A stretch of DNA of 64,000 nucleotides, from positions 1,839 to 65,838 of the forward strand of contig JAGMCL010000039.1 of assembly GCA_023129165.1 (NCBI GenBank), given 5' to 3'. This DNA comes from a candidate division WOR-3 bacterium (GTDB lineage Bacteria; Hydrothermota; UBA3073). The notes beneath the pieces were generated by a model that was given only the letters and a program-made list of their open reading frames with translations, was not told the origin of the DNA and ran no database searches. Shown piece by piece: positions 1-10,473 of the stretch (the first letter of the stretch is position 1; every line of letters starts with the position of its first letter). The position numbers and the translations under genes were made by a program.

Positions 1-487
1 GTAATTTTCCACACTCATCACACTGGTCACCCCTCGCACCTTCTGAACCACAATAAGGACAATCTCCCTCTACATATCTATCTGGAAGAAATCTCTGGCA
101 ATTCTGGCAAAAGAACTGTTTCTCTATTTTTGGTACTATATAACCCTTGCTGTGAAGCTTAAGAAAGAAATCCTGAGAAGTTTTATGATGGAGTGGTATT
201 GAGGTTCTTGAAAAGTTGTCGAATATTATACCAAATTTGGTGAAACTCTCCTTAATACTTTTGTAGAAATAATCAACGAGTTCCCGTGGAGTCTTTCCCT
301 CTTGCTCTGCCTTTATCGTTATTGGCACCCCATTTTCATCGGTTCCACCTATGTGTATACAATTCCTCCTCTTCAATCTCTGATATCTTACATAGACATC
401 AGCAGGCAGGTAGCATCCTGCAAGGTGACCAAGGTGGATTGGACCATTTGCATATGGTAGGGCAGTTGTAACGAGTATTCTACCCAT
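1..487 (-). CDS. metG: Methionyl-tRNA synthetase, N-terminal part; the gene continues beyond the window start.
   Basis: Minus-strand translation from the ATG (complement of 485-487) reads MGRILVTTALPYANGPIHLGHLAGCYLPADVYVRYQRL... This includes the class I HIGH motif, followed by a CPYCG...CDECG zinc knuckle typical of MetRS. The ORF runs off the window edge. An AGGAG-like RBS lies upstream. Confidence 0.85.
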   Translation of the reverse strand, partial: MGRILVTTALPYANGPIHLGHLAGCYLPADVYVRYQRLKRRNCIHIGGTDENGVPITIKAEQEGKTPRELVDYFYKSIKESFTKFGIIFDNFSRTSIPLHHKTSQDFFLKLHSKGYIVPKIEKQFFCQNCQRFLPDRYVEGDCPYCGSEGARGDQCDECGKL

Positions 488-490
488 ATT

Positions 491-1321
491 TTATCTCCTT
501 CTAAATAGATTACCTTTCAGTATTACCATTGGGGGGTTAGATATTTGTTTTATTTCATCGAGAGTGGTCGGTATCTTTTTTCCATCACTAAGTCTGATAA
601 TAACAGTTTCAGTAACCAGATTTCTATCTATAACTGTTCCCTTGCCCTTCTCCGTGTTCACTAAAGAGCCAACAAGTGGGAATTTTTTCCCCTGTTCTTG
701 ATAAAATTTTTCTTCGTATTTAAGACAACACATAAGTTTACCACAGAGACCTGTAGCCTTATCAGTACCACATGCAATATCCTGTAACCTGAGTAAAGTT
801 GTAGCAATAGATTCAAAACTATTGAGGTGTCGGGAACAACAGGTTTGTAAACCACATACACCATATTCTATATAACTCTTTGCATAATCCCTTGCACCTA
901 TCTGTTGAAATTCTACCCTCATACCCCAGCTTTTGGAGAGATGTTTAACCAGTGATCTATAATCAAGCTTTGTTTCTGCCAGAAAGTAAAATTTTATCTT
1001 TCTCCGATCGAATTGAATATGGCATCCGACGATTTTCATCTGAAGGTTAAATTTGGGCAGAAGAGAGATACACTCTTTAGTGTTTTTTATTTTCTCTTTC
1101 TCGAGTTGTTCAATTTTCTGCTTATGCTCGTAAGTAGCAACACAAGCAAATCTATAGGAGACTATATGAGATTTAGGCAGTATATCTATAACATGTCCTA
1201 TATCTTTGCCGCTTTCAGTTTTGTATATTATATAATCACCCTTGGATATTCCTATGTCTGGAGCCTTCACGACCCTTGTTTCCTGTTTCCCACAAGTAAC
1301 TTTAAATAACATAAAAAACAC
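491..1321 (-). CDS. PSP1 C-terminal domain protein (YaaT/RicT-like).
   Basis: 276 aa ORF containing the cysteine-rich GLCGKLMCCL motif characteristic of PSP1/YaaT. It sits immediately downstream of holB, the gene order seen with yaaT in many bacteria. Its stop abuts the metG start. Confidence 0.7.
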   Translation of the reverse strand: MFFMLFKVTCGKQETRVVKAPDIGISKGDYIIYKTESGKDIGHVIDILPKSHIVSYRFACVATYEHKQKIEQLEKEKIKNTKECISLLPKFNLQMKIVGCHIQFDRRKIKFYFLAETKLDYRSLVKHLSKSWGMRVEFQQIGARDYAKSYIEYGVCGLQTCCSRHLNSFESIATTLLRLQDIACGTDKATGLCGKLMCCLKYEEKFYQEQGKKFPLVGSLVNTEKGKGTVIDRNLVTETVIIRLSDGKKIPTTLDEIKQISNPPMVILKGNLFRRR

Positions 1322-1424
1322 CTCCAGAAATTAATTTTATATTGTAAATTTTATTTATGTAGGGGCACGGGGCACCTTGAATGGTGAATATTATAACATA
1401 GATTTGAGGAATTGTCAATAAAAT

Positions 1425-2363
1425 TTAAATCAATTCCGGAAGTTTATAAGATAGACGATATAATACATTTTCTGAATTTACATTATACTTTAAAGCAAGC
1501 ATAGCCTCGCGTATTACATCCATCCCCTTCAGGCTCAAGGGTAATTCTTTATCTGATAAATCTATATCTGTATTTCTCACCTTGAGACCAAAATGCTTGA
1601 CAAGCACATCACCATAAAGTACATAGAGAGAATCGAGGAACTCTTCTATAGATATATCTTTTAAGTTGCGAACAACAGAAAGGCGTTTTCTAACTGGAAA
1701 GTGGGCAAATTTTATTGCTTCTTTTCTAACAGGAGATTCCGAAAGACGAACTGCCTTCCCTATACTCCCGCCTGAAAGGTTTGCAAGTAATTTGTGATTT
1801 TTTATACCATGCTTCTTTAGTAAGATTTCAAGCTCGGATATATTTAATCTCCCGAATTTCACAATTTTACATCTTGAGATTATGGTTGAAAAGAGATAAT
1901 TTAGATTTGATGATATAAGAATGATTGTAGTATCAGGTGGTGGTTCTTCAAGTGTTTTTAAGAATGCGTTTTGTGCTTCATCATTCATTGTTTCTGCATC
2001 ATCAATTATAACAACTCTTTTTGCTGTTGTCCTGAGAGAGAGTATCTGCTTTAGTTCTCTTATTCTGTCGATCTTAATATTCCCCTTTTCGTTTGGAGAG
2101 ATAAGAATAAGATCAGGAAAGTGACCTTTGTCAATAAGCTTGCAAATAACACAATCATCACAGGGTTCAGACATTTTCTTAAGGCAATTAAGTGTCTTTG
2201 TAAGGTTAATAGCTGTAAGCTTTTTGCCCACACCATTAGGTCCTACAAAAAGATAGGATGAGGCTACCCTCCCTTTGATTATATCTTTTTGAATTATTTC
2301 CTTGGCAATATCCTGACCTATGATATCATTGAAAGACATAATACTAAAATATTCATTAACCAC
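1425..2363 (-). CDS. holB: DNA polymerase III delta-prime subunit. The true start may be the internal Met at about 2339.
   Basis: Walker-A-like FVGPNGVGKKLTA motif, a CxxC zinc module (CDDCVICKLIDKGHFPDL) and the family-typical SRC-like motif (ISRCKIVKF). Confidence 0.75.
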   Translation of the reverse strand: MVNEYFSIMSFNDIIGQDIAKEIIQKDIIKGRVASSYLFVGPNGVGKKLTAINLTKTLNCLKKMSEPCDDCVICKLIDKGHFPDLILISPNEKGNIKIDRIRELKQILSLRTTAKRVVIIDDAETMNDEAQNAFLKTLEEPPPDTTIILISSNLNYLFSTIISRCKIVKFGRLNISELEILLKKHGIKNHKLLANLSGGSIGKAVRLSESPVRKEAIKFAHFPVRKRLSVVRNLKDISIEEFLDSLYVLYGDVLVKHFGLKVRNTDIDLSDKELPLSLKGMDVIREAMLALKYNVNSENVLYRLSYKLPELI

Positions 2364-2549
2364 AGATAGTTAAGACTGAAGACTACAGACCGAAGACCAC
2401 AGACTAAAATGACCAATAAATGCACAAGGAAATATAAAAAGTACTATGTCTTTGGTCTTGTGTCTCTGGTCTTTCGTTTCTTGTGAAATCCCTGTCCTAT
2501 GAAATAAATTATTTCACAGGGTGAATGGTTTCTTAATACATATTATATA

Positions 2550-3617
2550 TTACTTTAATAAAGTCAATGGGTCAATTGCACGTCCATCCCTTCTGATTTC
2601 AAAGTGGAGAGTTGACTCTGTTACCATTCCTGATGAACCAACCTTTCCTATTATTTCACCCTTGTCTACCATTTCTCCATTTATTACATTAATAACCAAG
2701 AGGTGTGCATAGAGTGTATGGTATCCATTTTCATGGTCAATTATGATGATATTTCCATATCCATAGAACCTATCTGCATATACTACACTACCGCCATAGG
2801 AGGCGATCACAGTAGAACCTTCGCTGGTCTTTATGTCTATACCATTATTTAATAGTTTAGTACCATAAATAGGATCAACAATAGTTCCAAATTTCGACGT
2901 TACTGTTCCCTGTGAAGGCCAGATAAAATTATCGACCTTACCTGTTACTTTATCCCTTACCATTCGTAGGATAAATTGCTCTAACTCCTCTCTTGAACGT
3001 TTGAGTTCTTCAACAAGTTTTCCAAGTTCACTCTGCTTGCTTTTAACATTCTTTAATAAATTTTCTTTTGCATTCTTCTGATCAAGAATATTTTTCCTTA
3101 CAGATTTCTCTTCCTTTTCCAGGGCGATTAGAGCGCTGAGTTCTTCCCGGGCTATGTTCTTTGATATGAGGATTGAATTTCTTCTCACAGATAGACTGTC
3201 TAAAAAGGTCTTCTCTTGATTGAGAAATATATTAAGACAAAAGATATTCTCCTCTCTCTGCCTGCAAAGTGTGACATCAAAAGAGGGTGTTGTGTAATAC
3301 TCCCTGTATAATAGAAGTATAGCTTCATCGAGATTCTTAGTTTCCTTGTCTACGGATTCCTTAATTGAAGTTTCATCTTTAATCAAAAAATCTATCTTCT
3401 CACGCAGGCTTTTTTTATCTCTCTCTATTTGCGACAGCTTTCTTCTCTGCCTTTCCTCTTCTCTCTCTATTTTCTCGAGCCCCTGTAATATTCCTCCCTC
3501 ATCCTGTTTAAGGAGTTCCAATTCTTCTTGAGTTTCCGTTAGCCTTTCCTCTATTTTATTGAGCTCTCCATGGTAGTCTGAAGAGAGAATCAATATAAAT
3601 ATGAAAATACAAAGCAT
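2550..3617 (-). CDS. Coiled-coil M23 family metallopeptidase (EnvC/NlpD-like murein hydrolase activator).
   Basis: N-terminal signal/TM segment, a long charged coiled-coil region, and a C-terminal LytM/M23 domain (GIDIKTSEGSTVIASYGGSVVYAD...GYGNIIIIDHENGYHTLYAHL). Confidence 0.7.
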   Translation of the reverse strand: MLCIFIFILILSSDYHGELNKIEERLTETQEELELLKQDEGGILQGLEKIEREEERQRRKLSQIERDKKSLREKIDFLIKDETSIKESVDKETKNLDEAILLLYREYYTTPSFDVTLCRQREENIFCLNIFLNQEKTFLDSLSVRRNSILISKNIAREELSALIALEKEEKSVRKNILDQKNAKENLLKNVKSKQSELGKLVEELKRSREELEQFILRMVRDKVTGKVDNFIWPSQGTVTSKFGTIVDPIYGTKLLNNGIDIKTSEGSTVIASYGGSVVYADRFYGYGNIIIIDHENGYHTLYAHLLVINVINGEMVDKGEIIGKVGSSGMVTESTLHFEIRRDGRAIDPLTLLK

Positions 3618-3740
3618 ATGTAAATTATATCTTATTTTTGTATAATTGTCAAGAAAAAAATTATATTAATAATCAGGTGTATAATACATAGATATCATAT
3701 TATTAATTCATTATGGTTCAAAGATAGGTAAGAATCATAT

Positions 3741-3897
3741 TACAATGAGATTGCTTCGTCCGTCAAGAAGAGCTACGGACTCGCAATGACAGAGACTGTA
3801 ATGAGATTGTTCGTCCGTCAAGAAGAGCTACGGACTCGCAATGACACTTTTATTATCGTCATTGCGAGCCGCAGGCGAAGCAATCGCATTATTAAGG
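3741..3897. repeat. Intergenic repeat cluster: a tandem about 50 bp unit x2 ending in GGACTCGCAATGACA, an 11 bp-stem hairpin, and one copy of the dispersed GTCATTGCGAG...GAAGCAATCGCATTATTAAG element.
   Basis: 3741-3791 and 3799-3846 are near-identical. ctcgcaatgac (3835-3845) and gtcattgcgag (3858-3868) are inverted. gaagcaatcgcattattaagg (3877-3897) recurs at 10509-10528 and 46862-46874. Confidence 0.8.
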
Positions 3898-4094
3898 ACT
3901 AATGGAATAATATAAGGAATATAAACGAACTGCCTGCTATTTTGGCGTACACCATAGAGTATTCTATGGAGTGCCTGCCTGCGGTAGGCAGGCGTTAACC
4001 ATGTTAACGCATAGCTGTGACCCCATAGAGTATTTCTCCACAGGGTAAACGCGGTCACAGCACTCCAAAAATGGTTTGAGATAGTGCTGAGTAG

Positions 4095-7000
4095 TTAATT
4101 TGTGGAGTATACAGGAAGGAAGACCTTAAAAACAGAACCTTTACCCAACTCACTTTCGACATTTATCCAGCCATCGTGTTGTTTAATAATACCAAAAACA
4201 GTAGATAAACCAAGTCCGGTACCCTTTCCAACATCTTTAGTACTAAAAAAAGGCTCGAAGATGTGTGAAATGATTTTCCTATCCATACCGATTCCTGTGT
4301 CTGTAACAGATAGGCAGACAAATTTTCCGGGTCGTGCTTCGCGTATGGTTTGACAATCCTTTTTCTTCAGGGTCACATTTTCTGTTTTAATAGTGAGCTT
4401 TCCTCCTTTAGGCATGGCATCTTTGGCATTGACTCCCAGATTCATGATTATCTGTTCAATATTTCCTTTATTGCCCTGTACCATCCAGATGTCGGATTGC
4501 AGCTCAATGTTAACTTTGATATTTTTACCAAAGAGCTGGCTGAGCATTTTTAATAAATCATCAACTATTTCATTTATGTTAAGGGAGGTGAACTCTATTG
4601 GCTCTCTACGACTGAAAAGGAGTAACTGGTTTGTGAGACCTGTTCCACGTTTAGAAGCATCATTTATGTGGCATAGAAACTTATGTAGAAGGTCCGTGTT
4701 TTTTATATTCTCAATCGACAGGTCAGTATACCCTTTGATAGTCGTCAACAGGTTGTTGAAATCATGAGCAATTCCTCCGGCTAATCTCCCTATAGATTCC
4801 ATCTTTTGTGCCTGTAAAAACTGGTCACGTATCTTCTCTTTTTCTTCTTCTGCCTTTTTACGATCCTTCATCTCTTTCCTCAATTGCTCATTGGTAATAC
4901 TTAATTCGGAAGTTCGCTCATCTACTCTTATCTCTAATTCTTCTTTGATCTTTTCTACCTTCTCTTTTTCCTCTTTTAATTGTCTGGTTCGGACATCAAC
5001 TTCCTTCTCTAATATTCTTTGTCGTCTTTCCAAATTTACGATACGCATTTTGACAGAAGCATAAATGGTACCTATCCCTACTATTATACAAAATAGATAA
5101 AACCACCAGGTTCTCCAGAAAGGAGGGATTATTCTAAAACTATAGGTAGATAGATTTTTATTCCATAGACCATCACCGTTGCAAGCTTTTACCTTGAATG
5201 TATATTTCCTGGATGGCAAATTTGAGTAGGTAATATAGGTTTCTTTAGTTATTGGTGACCAATTTTTATCAACTCCTTCAAGTTTATATTGATATCTTAC
5301 TTTTTCAGGGTTGGTTAGACTTATGCCTATGAAATCAAACGTTATATGGTTTTGGTTATAGAGTAATTTCAAGCCAATTGGTAAACCTGATTTTTTACTG
5401 ATACTATCGGTGTAGGTAGACCAATCGACATCTTCGAAAAAGAGACGCAAATTTGTAATATGTGTGAGTGGTTCCACTGTATTTGGCTTATCTTCCCTGG
5501 GGTTGTATTTCACAACTCCTTTTATTGTGCCAAACCATATGTTGCCTTTACTATCTTTACAAACTGCGTTTTGATTACATTCTATACCGATAAAACCCTC
5601 TTCTTTACCATAATGTTTGAATGTTTTTTTTCCTGTTTTATTATACTCTGAAATATCGAGTTTGTCTATTCCCCTGTTTGTACCTATCCATAGGTTCCCT
5701 GTGTCATCAAAAACCATTGAAAGTACTGCATCGTCACATAAGCCAACCTCGGATGTGAAGGTCTCAAATGAGCCAGGCTCTCCATTATTAGAATAAATAT
5801 GTTTTAAAACCCCACCACCATAGGTACCAATCCATATATTTCCTTCCTTATCTTTCCTAAGACACATAATAGCATTACTACTTAGGCCCTCTTTTGTGGT
5901 ATAATTAATAAACGCTTTGCCATCATATTTACTTATACCACCACCATCAGTTCCAAACCACATATTTCCGTCTTTATCTTCCAAAATAGACATTACAATA
6001 TTATTACCTAAGCCATCTTTTGTAGTAAAGCTTATAAAGGATTTTCCATTATATCTACATACACCACCACCATCAGTTCCAAACCACATATTTCCTTTTT
6101 GGTCCTCAGTAATAGAATGTATGCTATTACTACTCAATCCCTCTTTTGTAGTATAATTAGTAAAAGTATCTCCATCATATTTAATTAAACCACCGCTATT
6201 ACAACCAAACCACATATTTCCTTTTTGGTCCTCAAAAACAGACATAATAAAATCGTCGCTTAAGCCATCTTTTATTGTATAGTTAATAAAATTTCTTCCG
6301 TTATATTTACTTACTCCCCCTCCGTATGTTCCAAACCACATATTTCCTTTTTGGTCCTCAAAAATAGAATAGATAGTATTATTATTTAGACCATCTTTAG
6401 TAGTATAATAGATAAAAGTATCTCCACCATATTTACATACACCACCATCAGTTCCTATCCATATATTTCCTTCTCTATCCTCTAAAAAATACCATATTGA
6501 ATTATTACTTAACCCATCTTTTGTGGTGTAGTTAATAAAGGTTTTTCCATCGTATTTATATACACCTTTGCCATTAGTCCCAAACCACATATTTCCTTCC
6601 TGATCCTCTAAAATAGAGTAAATTGTATTTTCAGCTAACCCTTTTTCTAAAGTGAAATCTGTAAAGGTTATTCTGTCATATTTACTAATACCAACATCAG
6701 ACCCAAACCATAGGTTTCCTTTACTATCTTCAAGGATATAAAAGATGTTATTACTATTAAGACCATCTTTAGTTGTAAAATTAGTAAAGGTTGCTCCATC
6801 ATATTTTGTTACACCACCGCCGCCAGTCCCAAACCATAGGTTACCATCTTTATCCTCTAAGATCGACCAGATTGTATTATTACTTAAGTTCTCGTTTGTG
6901 GTTATTGTAGTGAATTTCGCTCCGTCATAATTATTTACACCTTCACCAGTCCCAAACCATAGGTTACCATCTTTATCCTCTAAGATCGACCAGATTGTAT

Positions 7001-7358
7001 TATCGTTTAGTCCCTCTTCAGCTGTAAAATTTGTAAAGGTTTCCCCATCATATTTACTTAAACCAACATCTGTTCCGAACCACGTATTCCCTTTTCTATC
7101 TTCTACAATAGACAAGATTATATTATTACTTAAGCCATTTTTTGTAGTTAGGTTAGTAAAATTTACCCCATCATATCTGCTAACTCCTCCTCCATTTGTG
7201 CCAAACCACATATAACCTTTGCTGTCCTGATAAATAGCCATTACCTGAGATTGTGCCAGGCCGTCTTCTACCGAGTAGATCTTGAAATTATAATGTTGAC
7301 CGGAAATAGTCTGGGGTAAGTTTAATAATGTTATGAAAGTGTAAAATAAAATACGCAT
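4095..7358 (-). CDS. Large sensor histidine kinase: periplasmic two-component-regulator propeller repeats plus Y_Y_Y domain, TM, HisKA and HATPase_c. No receiver domain.
   Basis: About 20 tandem beta-propeller repeats (G(N/Y)(L/M)WFGT...GGGV(S/C)(K/R)YDG). A Y_Y_Y-like segment (PSRKYTFKVKACNGDGLWN) is followed by a TM helix (WWFYLFCIIVGIG) and a coiled coil. H-box IAHDFNNLLTTI, then a GHKL ATPase region (GxGxG near the C-terminus). The repetitive DNA generates many spurious overlapping ORFs. Confidence 0.8.
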   Translation of the reverse strand: MRILFYTFITLLNLPQTISGQHYNFKIYSVEDGLAQSQVMAIYQDSKGYMWFGTNGGGVSRYDGVNFTNLTTKNGLSNNIILSIVEDRKGNTWFGTDVGLSKYDGETFTNFTAEEGLNDNTIWSILEDKDGNLWFGTGEGVNNYDGAKFTTITTNENLSNNTIWSILEDKDGNLWFGTGGGGVTKYDGATFTNFTTKDGLNSNNIFYILEDSKGNLWFGSDVGISKYDRITFTDFTLEKGLAENTIYSILEDQEGNMWFGTNGKGVYKYDGKTFINYTTKDGLSNNSIWYFLEDREGNIWIGTDGGVCKYGGDTFIYYTTKDGLNNNTIYSIFEDQKGNMWFGTYGGGVSKYNGRNFINYTIKDGLSDDFIMSVFEDQKGNMWFGCNSGGLIKYDGDTFTNYTTKEGLSSNSIHSITEDQKGNMWFGTDGGGVCRYNGKSFISFTTKDGLGNNIVMSILEDKDGNMWFGTDGGGISKYDGKAFINYTTKEGLSSNAIMCLRKDKEGNIWIGTYGGGVLKHIYSNNGEPGSFETFTSEVGLCDDAVLSMVFDDTGNLWIGTNRGIDKLDISEYNKTGKKTFKHYGKEEGFIGIECNQNAVCKDSKGNIWFGTIKGVVKYNPREDKPNTVEPLTHITNLRLFFEDVDWSTYTDSISKKSGLPIGLKLLYNQNHITFDFIGISLTNPEKVRYQYKLEGVDKNWSPITKETYITYSNLPSRKYTFKVKACNGDGLWNKNLSTYSFRIIPPFWRTWWFYLFCIIVGIGTIYASVKMRIVNLERRQRILEKEVDVRTRQLKEEKEKVEKIKEELEIRVDERTSELSITNEQLRKEMKDRKKAEEEKEKIRDQFLQAQKMESIGRLAGGIAHDFNNLLTTIKGYTDLSIENIKNTDLLHKFLCHINDASKRGTGLTNQLLLFSRREPIEFTSLNINEIVDDLLKMLSQLFGKNIKVNIELQSDIWMVQGNKGNIEQIIMNLGVNAKDAMPKGGKLTIKTENVTLKKKDCQTIREARPGKFVCLSVTDTGIGMDRKIISHIFEPFFSTKDVGKGTGLGLSTVFGIIKQHDGWINVESELGKGSVFKVFLPVYSTN

Positions 7359-7629
7359 TGTATTCTCCTTGAGGAATGAGTGGGATTAAAATATATCTTT
7401 TTATTTATTGTTGAGTTTCCTTAATGTTTATCCTGCTTAAACTTCTATTATTAGAATCCAGCCAGAGTGGGTGCAGTAAATTTTGTAAAGAATTATATTA
7501 TCTCTAAAACATATTATAACAGAAGTAAGACTAAAAGTCAAGCTTTTTTATGTAGATGACAGATTCCTTAAAACTACCTTTGAACTCTCTTGATTTTCGG
7601 ATTTTTTTCAGAAATCTCAAGGAAAAAAC

Positions 7630-7658
7630 TTGACAGACTGAAATTTTTGTGGTATGAT
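7630..7658 (+). promoter_or_regulatory. Consensus sigma70 promoter for the TonB-dependent receptor gene.
   Basis: TTGACA (7630-7635), 17 nt spacer, TATGAT (7653-7658), with an extended -10 TG. About 130 nt upstream of the start codon. Confidence 0.6.
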
Positions 7659-7788
7659 ATAAACATCCCTTATTTAAAGTAGGAAAAGGTATAATACGCC
7701 CTTAGAATCTGAACAGTTCCGAGTTTTCCAAGGTTAAGATTCATTTTTATATATTAATTTTACTACCGAAAGACAAACCTTAAAAAGG

Positions 7789-10473
7789 ATGAAACCCTTA
7801 GCATGTATTTTGCTATATCCCGCCATTTTGTTACTTTCTCAGGGTGTTCTTCATTCTCAAACCTCAGAATATAATATAGTAGGATATGTATATGATGCTG
7901 TATCAGGTGTTGGTTTACCTGGTGTCAATCTTGTGCTCGAAGGAACTACTATGGGAGCAAGCACAGATTTAGATGGAGCATTTAAGATTAGTGGTATAAA
8001 GTCCGGTGTATATACACTCACAGCAACTATGATGGGTTATAAAAATAAAAGTTACAGGTTAGATTTATCAGGCGATAAAACGGTTAGAACTGATTTCTAC
8101 CTTGAGGAGAAGGTTATAGAGATGAAAGGAATTGAGGTAGTGGGGGAGAGACCAATGATAGAAAAGGATATGACTGCCTCCCAAAGGGTTATGGATAAAC
8201 GTACACTCGAAGCTTTACCCATTCAGGATGTGAGAAGCGCCCTTACAACCCGAGCTGGGATATCTGGTGAGGGAACTGATATACACATAAGAGGAGGAAG
8301 GTCGAATGAAATTCTTACAATAGTTGACGGTATGCCTATTCGGGACCCCCTTTCTGGTTCCGCCTTTGGGATGTATCTTCCCATTTCTTCAGTCAGTGAA
8401 GTGGAGGCTCTCACAGGCGGTTTCAATGCAGAGTACGGTCAGGCCATGTCAGGAGTGGTAGAAGTAAGATTAAAAGAGGGCGGTGATATCTACCATGGTG
8501 AGATTGAATTTTCTTCAACCACACCATTTGGTTATTCTGAGAACATCATGATACTACAATTAGAAGGGCCTGAGTTCTTAACCAAAAGTCTTCTACCTAT
8601 TTTTGGTATTCGCATGCCTGGTAGGGTTTCATTCTTTTCGAATCTCTATATAAGATTTTCTGATACATATCTACCTCATGCAGACAATCTTTACTCGAGT
8701 GTTTTTAAATCATCATCACTATCTCCATGTGAGGAAAATACTATGTCAGGTGTATTGAAATTCACCTGGTCTCCAAGTAATAAGCATAAGTTTGCTCTAT
8801 CCTTTTCAAGATCAATGGAGATAAACCAGGGTTATTTCCTCTCGAGAAGTGATTATCCTTTTTCATATGGGTTTCCATACAGATATATTAATATACTTGA
8901 TAATTATCCAACGTTTACCAGGGATGGCAACCAGATAACGATCTCATACCACAGTGTTCCAGCTCTTAATACCTTTTATGATATAAAATTTTCAAGATTC
9001 TTTACAAATCTTCATATAGATGTAGCAGGAAAGCATTGGTCAGAATACGATGAGCTGTTGGATATATTTCCGGTAGGTGACACTCTTAAGCCTGCTGGTG
9101 ATGGGTTCTGGGATGTTGGTGATGCCCCTTACTGGCATGACCATTATGTTGAGACATACACAGGTAAGTTTGATTTATCAAGGGCAATAAGTTCTCTCTA
9201 TAACGTCAAAGTAGGGCTTACCTTACAGAGTTCTGAAATTCAATGGATAGATATCCACTACCCATGGTTTGCATCACCTGGAGGTCTGGGATTAAACCAG
9301 GATATATACAGGGCAAGGGAATTTGATGGTGGGGTTTACTTTCAGAATCAGATAACCTTCGCAGGTATGATCGCAAATCTTGGTGCAAGACTCGACTTCT
9401 GGGTTCCTGGAAGATACCTTGAGGATGGTGTTAGAAGTGCTCTTCAGGATGAGGACATACCACCAATAGTAGAACAGCAATATAGTGCCTATCTGAACGA
9501 AAATCCTAAAATACCCTTTACAGATTATCACATTAAGGCACACCTATCTCCAAGGGTTGGTATATCATACCCTGTTACGGATAGAGATAAGGTTTTCTTT
9601 TCCTACGGGCATTTTTCACAACTCCCTGATAGAAAATTTGTATATTCAAAACTGGGAAGACGAGCAACCTCAACATATGAGCTTGTTGGTAATCCTAACC
9701 TGAATCAAACGATTACTGTTGCCTATGAGCTTGGGTTGGAACATCTTTTTGGTGAATATACAAAGCTTGTAACTACAGCCTATTATAAAGATGTCTTTAA
9801 CTATCCAACTGCTTTAAAGGTTCCTGGAATTCCACCAAATCCAGATTTCTGGATGTACTTCAACTCGGACTATTCGAGGTCACTGGGAATTGAAATCACT
9901 CTTGAGAGAAGGTTATTTAAAAATTGGTATGCTGACATTGAATTAACTATTTCACAAAGTAAGGGTAGGACATCTACAGCTGAGGACATATACTGGAGAG
10001 GAGAGGAAGAGACCCTTAAGGAATGGTATCTAAAGTGGGATAGACCAATTAAATTTTTTGGCTCAGTTGCCTATATTTTAAATGAGGATGAGAAACTCAA
10101 TATTTTAGGCATAACCATACCAGGGGATTTAAGAGCCAATTTCTCCCTCTCTTTACAATCAGGACGGAGATATACACCACAGGATAATTATGGCAATAGA
10201 GGGGAGGTAAACTCGGGTATTGGACCATACTGGAGTAGGGCAGATATTGGGTTGGAGAAAGGGATGAAAATATTTGGTTTAAAATTAAAATTATTTTTTG
10301 AGGGTAAGAATATTTTCAACCACAGGAATGTCTATTATATTAATCCTATTACTGGTAGGGATTACAGACTTGGTGACCCGCTTCCTCCATATACAGATGA
10401 GGAAGATATGCTCAGTCCCGCAAGATACAGAGAGGGGAGAAAGTTAAGACTTGGGCTTGTTCTTGAACTTTGA
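7789..10473 (+). CDS. TonB-dependent outer-membrane receptor with an N-terminal carboxypeptidase-regulatory-like domain (SusC/RagA-like architecture).
   Basis: Signal peptide; CarbopepD_reg-like segment (IVGYVYDAVSGVGLPGVNLVLEGTTMGASTDLDGAFKI); TonB plug region (TLEALPIQDVRSALTTRAGISG...IHIRGGRSNEILTIVDGMPIRDP); then about 650 aa of beta-barrel-like sequence. A consensus promoter lies upstream at 7630-7658. Confidence 0.75.
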   Translation: MKPLACILLYPAILLLSQGVLHSQTSEYNIVGYVYDAVSGVGLPGVNLVLEGTTMGASTDLDGAFKISGIKSGVYTLTATMMGYKNKSYRLDLSGDKTVRTDFYLEEKVIEMKGIEVVGERPMIEKDMTASQRVMDKRTLEALPIQDVRSALTTRAGISGEGTDIHIRGGRSNEILTIVDGMPIRDPLSGSAFGMYLPISSVSEVEALTGGFNAEYGQAMSGVVEVRLKEGGDIYHGEIEFSSTTPFGYSENIMILQLEGPEFLTKSLLPIFGIRMPGRVSFFSNLYIRFSDTYLPHADNLYSSVFKSSSLSPCEENTMSGVLKFTWSPSNKHKFALSFSRSMEINQGYFLSRSDYPFSYGFPYRYINILDNYPTFTRDGNQITISYHSVPALNTFYDIKFSRFFTNLHIDVAGKHWSEYDELLDIFPVGDTLKPAGDGFWDVGDAPYWHDHYVETYTGKFDLSRAISSLYNVKVGLTLQSSEIQWIDIHYPWFASPGGLGLNQDIYRAREFDGGVYFQNQITFAGMIANLGARLDFWVPGRYLEDGVRSALQDEDIPPIVEQQYSAYLNENPKIPFTDYHIKAHLSPRVGISYPVTDRDKVFFSYGHFSQLPDRKFVYSKLGRRATSTYELVGNPNLNQTITVAYELGLEHLFGEYTKLVTTAYYKDVFNYPTALKVPGIPPNPDFWMYFNSDYSRSLGIEITLERRLFKNWYADIELTISQSKGRTSTAEDIYWRGEEETLKEWYLKWDRPIKFFGSVAYILNEDEKLNILGITIPGDLRANFSLSLQSGRRYTPQDNYGNRGEVNSGIGPYWSRADIGLEKGMKIFGLKLKLFFEGKNIFNHRNVYYINPITGRDYRLGDPLPPYTDEEDMLSPARYREGRKLRLGLVLEL

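Noticed and set aside
4102-7000. Multiple plus-strand ORFs (4102-4353, 4393-4767, 5460-5651, 5917-6156, 6745-6930) opposite the histidine kinase gene.
   Set aside because: They are antisense to a well-supported 1087 aa gene. They have low-complexity, repeat-driven composition created by the propeller-repeat DNA.
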